This document shows, one piece after another, positions 10,069-24,622 of a DNA stretch of 64,000 nucleotides. The notes under the pieces were generated by a model. The model ran no database searches. It was not told the origin of the DNA and saw nothing but the letters and a program-made list of their open reading frames with translations. The DNA is from Camelus dromedarius. Lineage: Eukaryota. How positions within the stretch are numbered: the first letter of the stretch is position 1; each line of letters opens with the position of its first letter. The DNA is taken from positions 100,876,001 through 100,940,000 of the forward strand of contig NC_087437.1 in assembly GCF_036321535.1 (NCBI RefSeq), written 5' to 3'. Both the position numbers and the translations under genes were made by a program.

Positions 10069-13000
10069 TCTAGCTCCTGGATTACAAATCAGTGGCTCTC
10101 TTATTTTCACTCCCTTGCTCATAGCAAATATAGTTACCCAACCACTGTGCTTTCCCCAACCCTGTTAGATAATAAGCCTATTAAAGATTACTCTCAGGAA
10201 GTTATACGATGACTATAGTTTGCTATTAATTATTTTCTCTTTACTTATTCTTAATTAATGCATTTCTAATTCCGAAATAGGAAAAAAAAAATCAGAGTTA
10301 TACATTGTAATTCAGGCAAATGGTGAGCTTCTTAGCTTGGCCAGTTAAACCAAGTAAAATAAAAATTTTTTTCCACGATCTTGCCCACAGCTGCCCCTGC
10401 CCCACCAGCCCACTGCCTTACCCATCCCTCCCCAGGAACATAGCTAAGAATAAAATTAAAATTTCCTTTTTGTGTTGAACTTATAAATTAAAAAACTAAA
10501 TATTAAAACTAAAAAACCAGAAAATATTATTTACCTATTTTTGTGTCAAGATAGCAAATAAAATCATTCAGAATTGAAGGTCATCATTATATTTTTTTCA
10601 CCTAATTCCTATACTTTTGTAGTTTTGTTAAGGCTTTGCCCACATAGCTGAAAAGCTGGGGACACTGACAGAAAATATGAACAAGAACATAATTTGTCCA
10701 CCAATTTCTTAAACTCATCTGAAGCACAGGTTCCATTTTTCAGTTTCCCAGAAAACTATTTTCAGTGCTGAATTGTGAATGCAACTCTGTGGTGGTGCTT
10801 ATACAGGAAGTTAAATTATCATGCTCTATTTATTTGTAAGACTAATTAAAAAAAATTTTACCCCTTACCCTCCATTCTCCACCAACATTTTCAAAACACC
10901 TCTGGAATGGAAGAACCTTGAAGGAATTCCATTTCTTGTTTTGGGTTTCAGAACAAGAGAGTCAGTGTGATGTTTCTGGTATCTGAACAGAAGATACCTA
11001 GAACAGGATTATCATGGGACTTAAACATGAGCACCAGCTCCTTATAGCACTGCCTGATGGGGATACATATATCTAGCTCTATTTTTTAAAAAAAACATTA
11101 GTATTTCTTAAATTTTGTGCAGCTATACAGACCCTGATGACTTCTAGCTTTTACTGGCTTAGCGGGGCAAATCAACCGCATAGGTCATTTACTGGGTTAG
11201 TAACAGGGTGGTGTGCTTTCCTAGGAAATCTCATTTTAAAAATCACTACTCTAAGTTTCCTTAACGATTATTTCTGCATCAGTATAAAATGTTTTCTTTC
11301 ATACTTTGATCAGAGACATGAAAATGTTATTCAAAGTACCTTCTACTTATGCATGCTGTAAGTGGCAGGGAATGAAAATATTTCATTTAAAAAAGGGAAG
11401 GCTGATGAAATCTGCCTCATATGACTTACCAGAATCTGTGGGGAACTGCATTTTGTGCCCTATCTGCATAAATAATCTTGAGAGACTCCAGTGCCTTTTT
11501 AATAAATCGACTCCTAAATTACTTTCCACTGTACCAAACACATCATTTTAAACTCGCTAAGTTTTCTTTTGGTTACCATGCACCAGTCTAGGCAAATTCT
11601 CATTAAGGCTATAACTTTCTTTCAATTACTAGAGCTCTATGGAGACCATGTAATAAGTGCAGGCCCACAGATTAAAGTCTTTGCAGAGATGACCTGACTC
11701 ATTTCTGAAGAAAGCAAGCGCCTGACCTTTATCAAAAATACTGTATCGAAGGCAGTGGGATGTACTACTAGCTTTACACCCAGTAAAAAATTTAGTTCTC
11801 TGACCCGGTCTCCATCTGGAAGGACTGTGATTCATAAGAAATAAGGTCAGTGAACCAGAGAGCAAAATCTGGCTGCGGGGAAAAACATGTAAATAGATCG
11901 TATACAGCTGTGTGGAATTGGCTGTCATCCACACGGCGCAAGCCACTGGACTAGCCATTGTCTTAGAGAGCCTTCCCTGACATGCACGAATTGCATACAG
12001 GTTCTCCTATAGCACGTTGTAGTTATCACATTATATTGCAATTATCTATTGATGTGACTATCTGTACCACATAAGCATTTAAAGCCAAAACCATGTCTTA
12101 TTTATCTGAAGAACAGATAGAATATGATTGCCAATGCTTTGATTTCTGACCTGGAGTAATCAAAATCATATATTTATATTAGCAACTGTTAATAAAGTCA
12201 AATATTTCCTTTCTAATATCTTCTCTCATGTAACGGGAGTCAATAGCATGCTATCATATTTTATTTTTATTCAAATGCATTAAGAAACATTTCTGCCAAA
12301 GAAGATGTTGATCATTTTGATCTTTGTAAATGGTTCATCTTAACCCCATACGTCCTCTAGGGAACACCACAATGGAAAGCATGCCTGTGTTTCTAATCAT
12401 ATAGTGATTGCTTAGGAAGGTGATGAACTGGACCACAGGCTCCTGTGCAGGAAGAGCCCAGTCACCCAGGGCATTTGGATTCATCAGCTGGGGACACAAT
12501 GTCAAGTAACCAATCTCCTCAGCCTAAACTTTACTAAGTTTCTCAGTTTGTAAAATAGCTCCTCCGTTTTATTGGCAGATTTAGAAGGGGAAACAAACGA
12601 CTTCCAAGGGCCGCAGCTGTATGAACTCACGACTGAACTGAAGTCAACATTAAGGTAGGAATCTGGAATCCGAGCCACTTACCCAGCGCTTTACTTGAAG
12701 TGAGGATAAACAACTGTCCTTTTCAGTGTTGTGTGGATTCTTCATCAAAAAACAGTATTCTCCCTACGACCTACCTTCCTCCAAGACTCTATGTCTCAAA
12801 GCCCCCCATGTTGAAAGGGTTTCTGGTAGAACACAAACTGCAATGTGTAATTAAAGGGATAAATATATATAAAGTGCAGGAATTTTCCGACTAATATACC
12901 TAAACCAAATTGATGATGATTTACATACTGGATGACGAAACTCACTTCCTCCCTTGGATCTTGATAGGAATTGCCTTTCTGATGAGGCTGAGATCACTTG

Positions 13001-14677
13001 GATGAGACTCGGAGCTGGGGAGTTCCTGTTCTGAATGGGTAACATTAGAGGAGGTAAAGGGAGTCGAAAGCTCTCAATCCAATTGCAGGAAGTTATGGAG
13101 CATTTCTGATACTCCGACTGGGACCTCAACAAATTTTCTTATTGTAAAATATCTGTATGTGGTGGTTAGGTACTATCTTGGCATTAGTAATCAATTTAAC
13201 TCTCCCAGTCTACTGGGAATTAAACAGCTATTACGGCGACACCAGGACCTAACCACTGCACTAACATTATTTTTAGTGGAAAATAATGTTTTGGGTTGAA
13301 AAAAAAAACACTTTGAAACACTTCACTAATGTTATTTCTAGTGGAACATAGGTTTGGGGGTTAGAAAATAAACATTTTGAAATCAATTTTTAAAAATCTG
13401 TGTATAGCATGAAGACTGTTATATGAATTATTAATCAGAGAGAGGTCCCCTGATGAGGAAAGCTATTAAATTTGATTTTGATGAACTAAGAATAGTTGAG
13501 ATAAACAGGGAAATGCTGGGGGCATGTGTGCATGTGGACTTAAATTATTTTCCTTTGTAATTTTATGTAATCTTTTAAAATAATTTAGAAAATCATTCTC
13601 CAGTTCAGGACAGAAAGGAAATTATAATGATTTATAACTGACAAATATAGAAATGTATACTTTTAACATATATTTAGTTAGATATATATTTATACATATA
13701 TATATTTTATATAACGAATAATTTAGTACTTCAACAGATTATTTAGCACCTGTATTTTGAGACAAAGGTAAGTCTAGATATTAGCAATGCAACAATGATA
13801 AAATAGACATGGTTCTTACATTTACAGACTTTGTAGTTGAATATGACAGGCCAGCCTGGTAATGATACAGTGCTATAAGTGATAAACGTTCACATCTGAC
13901 CGCGTTTGGTTAGATCTCCAAAATCATGAATAACGAAGGGTCAGAATGGTGAATTAGAGTGGACTGATTATACAACTTAAAAGAAGTAAATCCTCACTAC
14001 TTATTACCTCCCATTTTCATCTTATCACTTTTGAGATTGATGGGAAGGTAAAAAAATGAATATGATGAACTTATATATTTGATGTAATATATTATGACAT
14101 TAAATTGGCAGGTATAATAAAGTTTTGGTGAGTCCATAACATGCAATTATCACTTGCATCACCCTTCTTGGGAAAGTCTTGCAATTTTGCATATGCTTTC
14201 TCACAATTATACTGCTACAAATTTCCCAAAAGAACTATTATAAACATGTTGCGAAGATACAGCAAAAGCATATTCTCTAAAGTACACTTGCAATTAGTTA
14301 TATATATATTACACCATATAGCAGAAAATGGAATATTTCATTTTCTTAAAAATGATAATCTATAGAAAATATTTAATGCTATGAGAAATGTTCATGTGTA
14401 AGTAGGCTAAAAAACAGAGCATAATATGATATTTTGTGTAATTTTATAATATATTATTACTATATCCTTGTATTTATGTAATATTTATAAAAAGGCTATT
14501 AACTGTGCTTGTTTTTTGAGAATGGGGTTAAGCTAGATTTTTATTTTCTTCCTTTTGAATATGTGTATTTTCTAAATAGATAATTTTCAGAAATTTTAAA
14601 TTTCTTAATAAACCCACTTTAAGACCCATAAAAAAGCTTGAGAATAATTTAAAAGAGAGCAGAGTAGAATGACTTAC

Positions 14678-14810
14678 CCTAGTCCCAGCAGCTGACAAAC
14701 ATCATCTGAGATCTGGGTGGTCCAGTTCTCAGCACAAGCTACATGCCATGCGCTCTGGATTCTGAATTGCACCAAACCACTGTTGCTTGTTGTACCATTG
14801 AAAAGACGCA
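14678..14810 (-). CDS. TMPRSS15: Enteropeptidase exon 18 (133 nt), SRCR domain
   Basis: ctctttag|TGCGTCTT...GGACTAGG|gtaagt; (V)RLFNGTTSNSGLVQFRIQSAWHVACAENWTTQISDDVCQLLGL(G); phase 1->2. Confidence 0.97.
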
Positions 14811-15384
14811 CTAAAGAGATTAGATCAAGATGGAGTCATTTTGACCTAAGTTGATAAAAGTAAAAAATGACTCTAAACTAAACATGCAATGTTCTTAACA
14901 TTTAGAGTTTAGAGACTGGCTGTATTTTTTATTAAGGGTATATTGGAAGTCTTAAGTTGAAAAATACAAATTTGGCAGGCTGAATTTTGCTCTTTCATAT
15001 CAGTATAAAAGTGGAAAGGGCAGAGATATGCAATACAGCAAATAAAAAGAAAGTAAATCTTTTCTGAAGAGCATAGCTTGTAAGCTTAGTCTTTGAAAGA
15101 AGGAAAACTCAAGTTCAGCGATAACTTTAGGCATTTTTTTTCTACTTCTTTCCCCAGAAACTATTTTCTTTGGCCTGTTTCTTTTGCTATTTGTTTTCCA
15201 TCATCCTCCCTTCCATCTTACAACTGTTTTGGATAGAGTGTTAAGGCCAGGTAGGGACTGGGCCAAGCTAAGCTGGCTTATCAGACAGTTAAAACATCAC
15301 CAACAGTAGTTTTATCCACAGACACCATATTGTAATTCTGTAAGTGAACGTTAATTGTTTACTTGTTTTTCTTATAAAAAGAGG

Positions 15385-15592
15385 AAAAGCATTGACTTTA
15401 GAATTAGACAGACTTAGGTTGAAAACACAGCTCTAGCCCGTACTAGGTGTTTATAGGGAACTTTGGAAGCCATTTAACCTCTCCAAGCCTCAACCTTCCC
15501 GTGGCTGAGGTAGAATTAATTCTAACTTTGTTAAGATTGTTTGACAGCACTCAGTTATAGTGCGTGGCACATAAGAAGTTGCATTCAATATT
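15385..15592 (+). mobile_element. MIR SINE
   Basis: actttagaattagacagacttaggttgaa..., catttaacctctccaagcctca, gtgcgtggcacataag. Confidence 0.75.
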
Positions 15593-16117
15593 TTCTTTGA
15601 AATAAAAGTAGGACGGAGTAAAACTAGCCATTTCTCATAATGTTATAGAGATTTGGAGTAGGACTGAATCGAAGACTCAAGGCAGGAGGAGTAGTAGATA
15701 CTGAAGAATCAAGAATGCAAAGGATTAAGTCTAAGAATGTGAGTTATCAATGAGCATAACGGTGCCTCTGTATGTAGGCAACATACAGAATAGAACAGTT
15801 AGTAAGAATGGTGCTAATGTGCCTGGTGTGGGCTGTTGTCTCTTTGTGGTGTTTCGTGCTTTCTTCCTGCATATGGGTTGTCCTAGACTTAAAGTTATTA
15901 AAAGTCGTCAAATTTAAACAAACAAAAACAAAGGTCTGCATGTTAACTTTCCTTTTAACCAGGACGGAGACAGAGGTGCTGAAATCACCAGGAGATCATA
16001 ACCCAAAAGTACCAAAATCTGCCCTAATAATTACAGGACTAATCTTCCTTTCTTATTTGTAGAATCCAACTGTAGAGGTTAATGGATAAGCAGTATTTTC
16101 TTAAAAAGAAAACATAC

Positions 16118-16228
16118 CACAATGTGCTTCATCTGACCCATCTTTACAGTGTGGAAACCCGTCACAGAGATTTACCAGTGGAACACACTCTCCATCTTTA
16201 CACTGAAAGTTGTCCTCCTTGCAAGGCT
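16118..16228 (-). CDS. TMPRSS15: Enteropeptidase exon 17 (111 nt), LDL-receptor class A repeat 2
   Basis: cccccacag|AGCCTTGC...CATTGTG|gtatgt; (E)[36 protein letters not shown](V); six Cys and DGSDE motif; phase 1->1. Confidence 0.98.
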
Positions 16229-17303
16229 CTGTGGGGGAAATAATATGCATTGTATAGGATAAAGAAATGACAAATAGGCAATTCTGGAGTACCCATCCCA
16301 CTTCTGCTTCCTTAAACCCCAGTTCTCTGCCACAGTGCAAAGTTATGCTGGCTTTGATACCGAATACGATTACATACTTAATTGCTCAGAATGCTTCCGC
16401 AGTAGTCCTGTCAAAGCCAGAGACGTGGCTTGAGAAAGAAGAGTGTGACTAAAAGCTTAAGCAGCTCCTTTGAGGCAGGGTATGGCTTTGGTCCCATTCC
16501 TCTCTCACAATCTCCGCTAGTCTCTCTTCAATAAAACATCTCCAACCCAAATGAACATACAGATGACAACCACTGGAATGTTATCCAAGCATAAAGAGAC
16601 CTCTTGGTTTAACTGTCCAAAGGATACCTCCACACCATTACTATACAGAAATGTAGAAGTTGCTATTTGGAGGGACCAAAGTTGGACCTGGCTGGAAACA
16701 GTGAGCTGAATTAAAGCATGGTCAGGCAGGAAAAAGTAGTCTAAAGAAATGGGATCTGTAGCAGCAGTGACTTGAAAGGAAACAGGGATGCAGTTCCAAA
16801 TTAGTAGGACAAGGCTGAAGTCATGGCAATGTGCTTGGACACGAAGACACAGAAGGAAAATGAAGAAGCTGGACAAGGAAGGAACTGAGTAGATCTGGTG
16901 GTTCTTGCCAGAGGTTGAGTTGTGCCAAAAGAGGCCTACTTGAAAGACACATATTCATTGCTCAAAGGGAGTGAGAACTATGTTTCCTGGATATGTTTGT
17001 TCATTCTTAAAGACGTGTGCCCTGGGACAGCCCTAGTTTCCCTGGAGGAGAAGGATTTGCTTCCCTCAAGTTGTTTTCTGATTATGGCCTGGGAGGGACA
17101 TCTAAGTGCTGACACTGGGATCTCTGTTGAGGGCCACATGGGATTTGGGTCCCCTGGGAAAGGAAATGGTAGTTGGATATGGAGAGGCTTAAAGTTTCTT
17201 CCCCTAAGTGGCACATGGACAATAATAACGGGGAAGCAAAAGCAATTGAAAAAAAAAAAAAAAAGGAACAGGGAAACCTGTATTTTAAAAACTGTTAGTG
17301 AAT

Positions 17304-17316
17304 ATTAATCATTAAC
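17304..17316 (-). promoter_or_regulatory. Candidate HNF1 site
   Basis: GTTAATGATTAAT on minus strand, 12/13 match to GTTAATNATTAAC; motif only. Confidence 0.35.
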
Positions 17317-17997
17317 TACTATACTGCTTTCATGAATACACAATTCAAGTGAAAATGGTTTCCAAAACAAATGGTACTCATCTCCATAGAGACTTTCTCA
17401 ATTTATGATGACCAAATGTAATGGCACTTGTAAGGAATCATTTCTGTTGTTTTAGAATCTAGGTGGTTGTCCCAAATCTGAGGGCACTGACAAATACTGT
17501 TATGTTCTAAAGAGAGGTACTAAATGTAGCCATACTAATACTTAAAAAAATTACCAAAACTAGTCTAGCAACTATAAATTTCCAGCTATCACTTTTTTTT
17601 CCAGCTATTACAAAAATGATTAGAGTTTTTTCTTAAAAAAGCCTACATAGGAAACTTAAGGAGGAGTGTTTTCATGTGGAAGACGGGAGGAAGGGGCCAT
17701 CCAGCAAAGCAAGTGAGGGATGCCCCAGGAGAACCAATTCTAGGCTCTCTGAAAGAACCCAACTGGGTTGCCTTAAAGAAGGGAGGCTGTACTCTCACTC
17801 CCCAGTTGAACATTTATTACCTTGCAGAGGCATAAGGACTGCCACTTACACAGGGCTAGTACAGGCACTTTCAGACTTTTCTTTTCAACTGTAACTGCAG
17901 TAAAAAATATATTTTGAATCATACTCCAGGGTACACAGCAATGTGTATACTTATGTGTGTGTAAGTGTGCATGCGTGTGTAACTAAATTAAAATTTA

Positions 17998-18085
17998 CTC
18001 TTATTTTGTTTTATTATTTCTATTCTATTCTATTCCATTCATTCTATCCCATTTCATTGTATCCAATTCCATCCATTCTGTTCCA
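17998..18085. repeat. (TTCTA/TTCCA)n degenerate pentanucleotide repeat
   Basis: ttctattctattctattccattcattctatccc... Confidence 0.75.
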
Positions 18086-21000
18086 TAACAAGAATGCTGG
18101 GCAAAATCCAGTAAGTTGATTTCATGATATGCTTTTTAAAAAATACCAGACTAAACTGAAGTGAAGTGAAAAATTTCATGTGAGGTGGTGACTTTAGTTT
18201 CCTTAAGTTTGGGGACAGATAGCTATATCAATAAAGATTTGTATTCACATCCTGTGCAATGAATTTAAAAGTCAGAAATTTGGCTGGAACTTTCCTTGAT
18301 GGTAGTTAGGTCTAGGAGAGAAGGGGGCGGTAGAGACAACCTACATTTTCTCCATGTCCAGGGCCATGCGTGAGTTTCCTTTCGGCCATGTGGGCGCTTG
18401 GAAGGGTAATGGAGTGACAGCTGCCTGTCAGGACAAGCTGGCTCCAGGACAAAGAAGTGCAGGAATGGAGGCTGGTGAGTGGGGATTGGGAACTAAGCAG
18501 AGTTATAAGACATCACAAGGGGAAGCAGTGTACTACCCGTGCGTATGGTGTGGGAGTCCTGGGGAAGGGGGAAAGGAACACTCAAAGGAACACGTAACTC
18601 TGTTCTGCACATGAGTTAGCATTTGGTCAGGAACACTGTTAGCCAGGAGAAAACTACGGTGGTGACAGAGTTTTCCTTTTGGCCTTTCTCCCAAAACTGA
18701 AGCCATGGGAAGATGGAAGGGAAAGAAAGTGGGAGAGAAGTTAAAGACAGTATTTTCACTCTCCTCTACCTTAAATTTTCGGGCCATGATTTGTGCCTGA
18801 GTTGGGAGATTTGGAAAAAAAAAAAAAAAAGCTTTGAATTAGATGATATTAAAGTTTTGGTGCTATATTTGACTGTACATTTTAATACCTAAGAGAGAGT
18901 CTTAATTACCCGGTTAAGAAAATCGCATAACCTGGAAAAGTGAAGAGATCTGCCTAAAATATCCAGGAGCAAAAAGAGAGGTTTAGAATAAAGTAGATGG
19001 AGGAAAATAAAGCTTTTTCTGTTTATATTCTCATTGAGTCCATTCTTCAAATTGAATATGCAATTTACTAGCTGTAACACCCATATACCTTGTTTCTTCA
19101 TCTTTGTATGCCCAGGACTTAACAAAATGCCCGGCACACAGTAGAAAATCAGTAGATATTTGTTAGCTGTTAAGTGAATTAATTTATGTTAAATGAGTGG
19201 TATGCCTCAAAAATCAGTATGAACCTTAGTAATAAAGTTGACACAGTATAAAGAAATCTTTAAAAGTATGATTTCAAAAACTCTATTTTTAAATAAGGCA
19301 GTTGACTGACGGTAACCCTATTAATTTGAAAAATAAGAATGGATTCTATGATTTATGAAGAAAAAATTTACTTATTTGAACTTGAATGGTAGTTAAAACA
19401 TAAGCTGTGGAATTATATGATCTTGGTTTGATCTGTAATTTAGCCATTTTCTTTTTATTTATTTTTGATCATGGGCAAATAAATTAATCTTTCAGAGATT
19501 CAATCCCCTTGACTGTCAAATAAGAAAAAATACTACTTATGTCTTGGGTATATCATAAGAATAAATTTAAAAAAATTAAATGTATTTAGTATACCAATAT
19601 GAATACACTGGATGCAGAATCAATTTTATCTATAGCAGCAAAATTAGTAAAAAATCTTCCTTTTCATTAATATTTTGAAGTTGCCATTCTTTCTTCCAAA
19701 TGCCTGTTGTGCAATTTTCTCCTCCAGATAACACAAAAAAACACACCTAATCCTTTCTTCTGGGTATCGTACAACAGTAATTGGAGCTATTTGTATACGT
19801 TACTGTAAACTTTGATAACGTCTATATTTTTTCATTCTTACCAAGTTTAAATAATAAAAAAATACTTTAAGCAAGGCATGGCTGGCCTAGTTGTTTCCAT
19901 AAATCTTTACCCGATGAAAGAAACAGGTTACATATATCAAATATAATGCTATTAGGGAGACTCTTGCAAATGTAATTATCAATTTATTTCACAAATGCAT
20001 ATTTTTAAACCAGATTAGAAGGATGATAAATGGGCACATATTCTACAGGCAAGCATTAATGCTTTAACTGACTTTATATTTTAATTTTTCTAGTATTAAT
20101 TTTCATTTAGAAAACAGGAATACTTAAAACTAGGTATACATGTGTTTAAATTTACGTATTTATTTTAACTCTATATTTAATATATATTATGAAAGTCAAC
20201 AGACTAATTATGTATCCATAATCAAATATTTTAATATACTTATAGAATGTTAGTCACCACCAGTTATTTTTAAATTATCCCATTACTTTGTTTTCATAGT
20301 TTGTTAAAATCATTATGTAAAAATGAGTTTTTAATGCCAATAATTTAATCACAGATAAATTTATTAATAATTTTACTTTTTTACTAGTATAACCAAGCTA
20401 CATTTAATTGGAAAAGCACATATCCATCGAATGAAAATTTAAATATTTGAATAAAAATATGAATGGAAACATGTAAATATCTGAAAACTAATTCATTTTT
20501 GTGCTCTAGCCAATGTGATTAGGGTTATCCCCTATGAACATCAAAAAATGAACCTATTTCTCTAAGATGAATGTATTGGATAAAAAAATGCTGAATGGGG
20601 CAAAATAATCACTTTTGCTTAACTGAATAAAAATGTCAAATTCTGAGAAGTGTAAATAAACTCTCTCAAAATTTTCCTTCCTATACATGAACTGGATTCT
20701 GATTTTTTGCAACATATAACGGCTCAGCTTCATTAAGCAAACTTTAATCCAAAAGTTTAACTCTCTGTGGCCTCTAATGTCTTATTTCTGATCATTTTGT
20801 GCCCATGGTGAGAGCAAGGGAAAGAAATATTGCTAAGAATTGAATTTCTCCATCTCCTTTTTATGAAGTCTCCCATAGCCCTGCCTCATTTAGTCAGCAT
20901 ATGCTTGGTTTGAAATGGAACTGAATTGATCTCTAAGGCACATGCCACTCAATCTGGGGAGGGCTCCAAACCCCCAAATGTAATCAGCCACCTCTTCCAC

Positions 21001-24000
21001 AGTTGCCTGATAAGCACAATTGAATTCCAAATTAAGACTCTGAGATTCAGAAAAGTGCAATACGGGGACATGTATAGGAGAATGATCTTAATAAATCTGT
21101 ATTTCATATACCTTAGTGTAAATAAAATGTTAAAAATTAGATAAAGAAAGGAGATACAAAAATACATTATACAATAGACATATATTTCAACTGAATGCTT
21201 TGGAAGGTGTCCCCAAAGTATCTCAGAAGATAAATAAAGCACATAAATGCTGAAAATGGATGCTGTGCCTTTTACGCTTTTTTCTCCTAAAATGACCAGC
21301 AAAGCAGAGCACCAATATAAACAGATCTGTGTGCTTAATCTCTCTGTTACCAGCGTGATTATCTTCCACTGCCAACTCCCTGGTTCTGTAATTGCTTTTA
21401 AGCCTTTTGGTGTAAAAATCTCCCTGGGAGAAGACTGTGCCGATGATGACTCAATCACTCTATTTTCTATTCCCCCGCAGCATCTGTCCCGTGTCCAAGA
21501 GGAACATGAAACCGCATTCCCAGTGTATTCAGCACACAGTGATGGTCATGGAAGACTCCATTCTAGCTTCAGTCAAGGGAATTTTCTCTAAATGATTTAT
21601 GCTTAAATACTAATCACAGTAACTAAAATCTACCCGAAGGGCAAATCAATCTAAACATCTACACCATAAATCACCTATTTTGTGTTGGAAGCCATAGATT
21701 AAGTTCTTTTGTCTTTTATCTTGAATAGAAATTGCTTGTACTATTTTTCAAAATGCTTAGCATACTTTTCTTATTAAAGCCAGTAACTATTATTTTTGAT
21801 GGGAGAGATGTTGCCACCTTCTTTTCCACGATCTATTCTCTTTCCACCTCTTTCTTCCCTTCTCATTTACTATTTAAAACATTGATTTAAAGACCTACTA
21901 CTTCTCTAAAATTTCATTTCAAAATGCTTTCACTTTTGCAGATGGTGGAAGGCTCAATCATTATTTCAGTAGTTTGGATTCGTGAATAAATTCACTCCCT
22001 TATTGGTTAGAGCTCTTAGTTTTTTATCTCATTAGTTCAGACGGTTTTTCTATTCATCTCCATTTCTTTAAAAATATAGTACTTCTTTCAAAAATTCCTT
22101 GCACGAAATTCTCGGAAAGCAAGTTGGGAGCCCCTTCCCTCCAAGAGAATTGCTGTTAGGTATTTTCTTACTCTATTTTTTGCTGCTTTATAGAACAGAG
22201 CACAGAATTCTATTGCATTCAAATACAAGGGATATTAATGCCTATACATTTTTTTTTTTTACTGTGTAAGTTTCTTCTCAAAAATTTAGAAATACCACTC
22301 CACTGTTTTTAAATATTCATCAGAAAATGACTAAAATATATAGCTGGACTGACTTTTAACATCGTTGAAAGGTGATTCTATTTATTTTCCTTAAAAATGT
22401 GCTGAAAAATTTTCCTATGGAAATTTAAAATTTCAAATAGGAAATGTTATAACACTGATTTCTGCTTGTAAATTTTTTTACAATAAACGATAAGACTGTA
22501 TCATTTTTCAGTCACTTTAATCTGGTCTAGAAAGTATATAGTTTTTTTCCCCCACTATACCTTTCAATATTAGTTTTGATGGGTTTTTTCCTTCTGAATG
22601 ACTATCACTTTCAGCTTGTGGGTTGGTGTTTTTTCCTGCATGTCTATCACAGACTCACACATTTTTCTGTCTCTTTATATATTGTTTTAGCATTCTTGAT
22701 CATGCTTTTGTGCAACATTTTTGTGAAAATGTGGTATTTTGGTGCCAGAGACTTTGAATCAGTGTGCAGTTGACCAAAAAATCATGCAGTTTCCACTGTT
22801 AACAAAAAACTCTGATCAAATCAGAAAAAATAATCTAGTAGTGGTAGAATTTCAATAAGAAATTCCTCTGCCCATAGATGAACATAGGGATAGAATTAGT
22901 AACTCAATTCAAAATAGTAGTCTCAAAATTGTCTTGATTAACATTTTCCAAGGCAGTGATTTACTTTTCTTCTATGTTTCTGATTTTATATACATTATAT
23001 ATGTTACCCATTATATTTATACACATATATACATAAGTACATAACATCCAGTGATATTTTCATGTCAATATATTTCCTTTTGTGCTGTTTTGAAAAATAA
23101 TTATAAATGTAATTTAAAAACAAATAATTTAATTTATAAATTAAGATAATTTTAAATCATATTTTCTACATTTTCTCCTTTTTCATGTACTCTGTTTTGA
23201 GATAAATTCTAATTGTCTGTCAGTCTCAAAGTCTTTATTCCTTTTCTTTCGTGCTGTAAATTTTTTCATAGGCCTTCATAGTTTTGTTTGCTTATTTCAC
23301 TGATTTTTTGATTGATTCCTGTCAGTGTTGCTCATAAATCATAAGTAGCTGCTTCTAAGACCAATCACAAAATCCAGAAGAACAGGAAGTTGGTTAGGCT
23401 ACCATTTACTCCCACCCAAGTAGCTTGCATAATAACAATTCTTATGACTTATTTTCAGGGCCAGAGGGTAGATAAGCTACAGGTCAACTTCTACATTTGT
23501 AGCAAAGCTGGAAGTGTACAATTTTCTGGGATGGAGTCTAAGGCCTGGGCCGGTGGTGAATGGAGGGACAGATATTTGCACAGATAAATCTGGGATTAGA
23601 TAATAGGCCAGATGAAGATCAATGCTCCAATACTACCTCTTTTCTAGACATTCTGGCTAAAGACAAACTGACCACAATCTCCTATGGAAGGGAAAGGTCA
23701 ACATAGGAGGAATGTGTGTTCTGTTTACCTGACATATTTGTACCTAGAGAGAACCACTAAGTTGTGGGACAGAAGCATTTAAAATCATCATAGTCCAAGT
23801 GAAGCAGTAAGCTATAAAAATTCTCTGCAGACTGTTGAATACAGAGTAGCTTCATATCTTGCATATTTGAATGAAAAGACACACACACACACATATATAT
23901 ATATAATCTCCATGATGAGCAGGCAGGCCACCATTTTGTTTTTCCTGCTGATTTTGTTATGGATACTATAAAATTACAGGGTAATAAGGTTGTGCATCCC

Positions 24001-24481
24001 AGCAAATATCAGCATCAAATTCCTCATCCTCCATGGCAGTGTCTTTACATGGCTTGTCTCCAAGAAGTTAATGATGTTAATTTCTTAATTGGACGTTGTT
24101 GGCATCCAAACAGCTCACTTGCCTGTCTCCCTGCTGTTCTCTCAAGACGTTCTTGGCAAAAGGATCATGACAGCCAATCCTCCTTCCTTACAGTGCCAAG
24201 AACCTCTCTCTACAGTTTAAAATGCCCCTCTGCAAGGAACAAAACGCACAACTCTTGCCACACCAGAGAAGTGCAAATAGGTCTGCTGAAAAAGCAGTGT
24301 GGATTGCTGCTTTGAACAAAATCAGGTAGTGGTTAAAGAGGTTGAAAGGAAGAAAATCTCCTTTAAGATGAGGAAGAATGAATGAGTGCACTAGCATGCA
24401 AACATTGAAATTAAGTCCTGTATGTTTGGATGGTTTTGCTCCAGAAGTTACAAGGCAACATGCAATCCTGAGTGCACTTAC

Positions 24482-24622
24482 CAGGAATCCCCAAGTGATA
24501 CCCAGTAGTGAAATTTGCTTCAAATCCTCCCTTTGCCAACTCTTCATCAGTGATAAAAAGAACAGTCATCCTGTTGGTGGTTGAGAACACATCCTTTACT
24601 GGACCAGGCCCTGTGTACACAG
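24482..24622 (-). CDS. TMPRSS15: Enteropeptidase exon 16 (141 nt), end of CUB2
   Basis: tttggagcag|CTGTGTAC...ATTCCTG|gtaagt; (A)VYTGPGPVKDVFSTTNRMTVLFITDEELAKGGFEANFTTGYHLGIP(E); phase 1->1. Confidence 0.97.

Noticed and set aside
20949..21591. Longest ORF (169 aa, minus) and overlapping 114-aa plus ORF
   Set aside because: No recognisable motif; the hydrophobic/aromatic bias reflects AT-rich intron.
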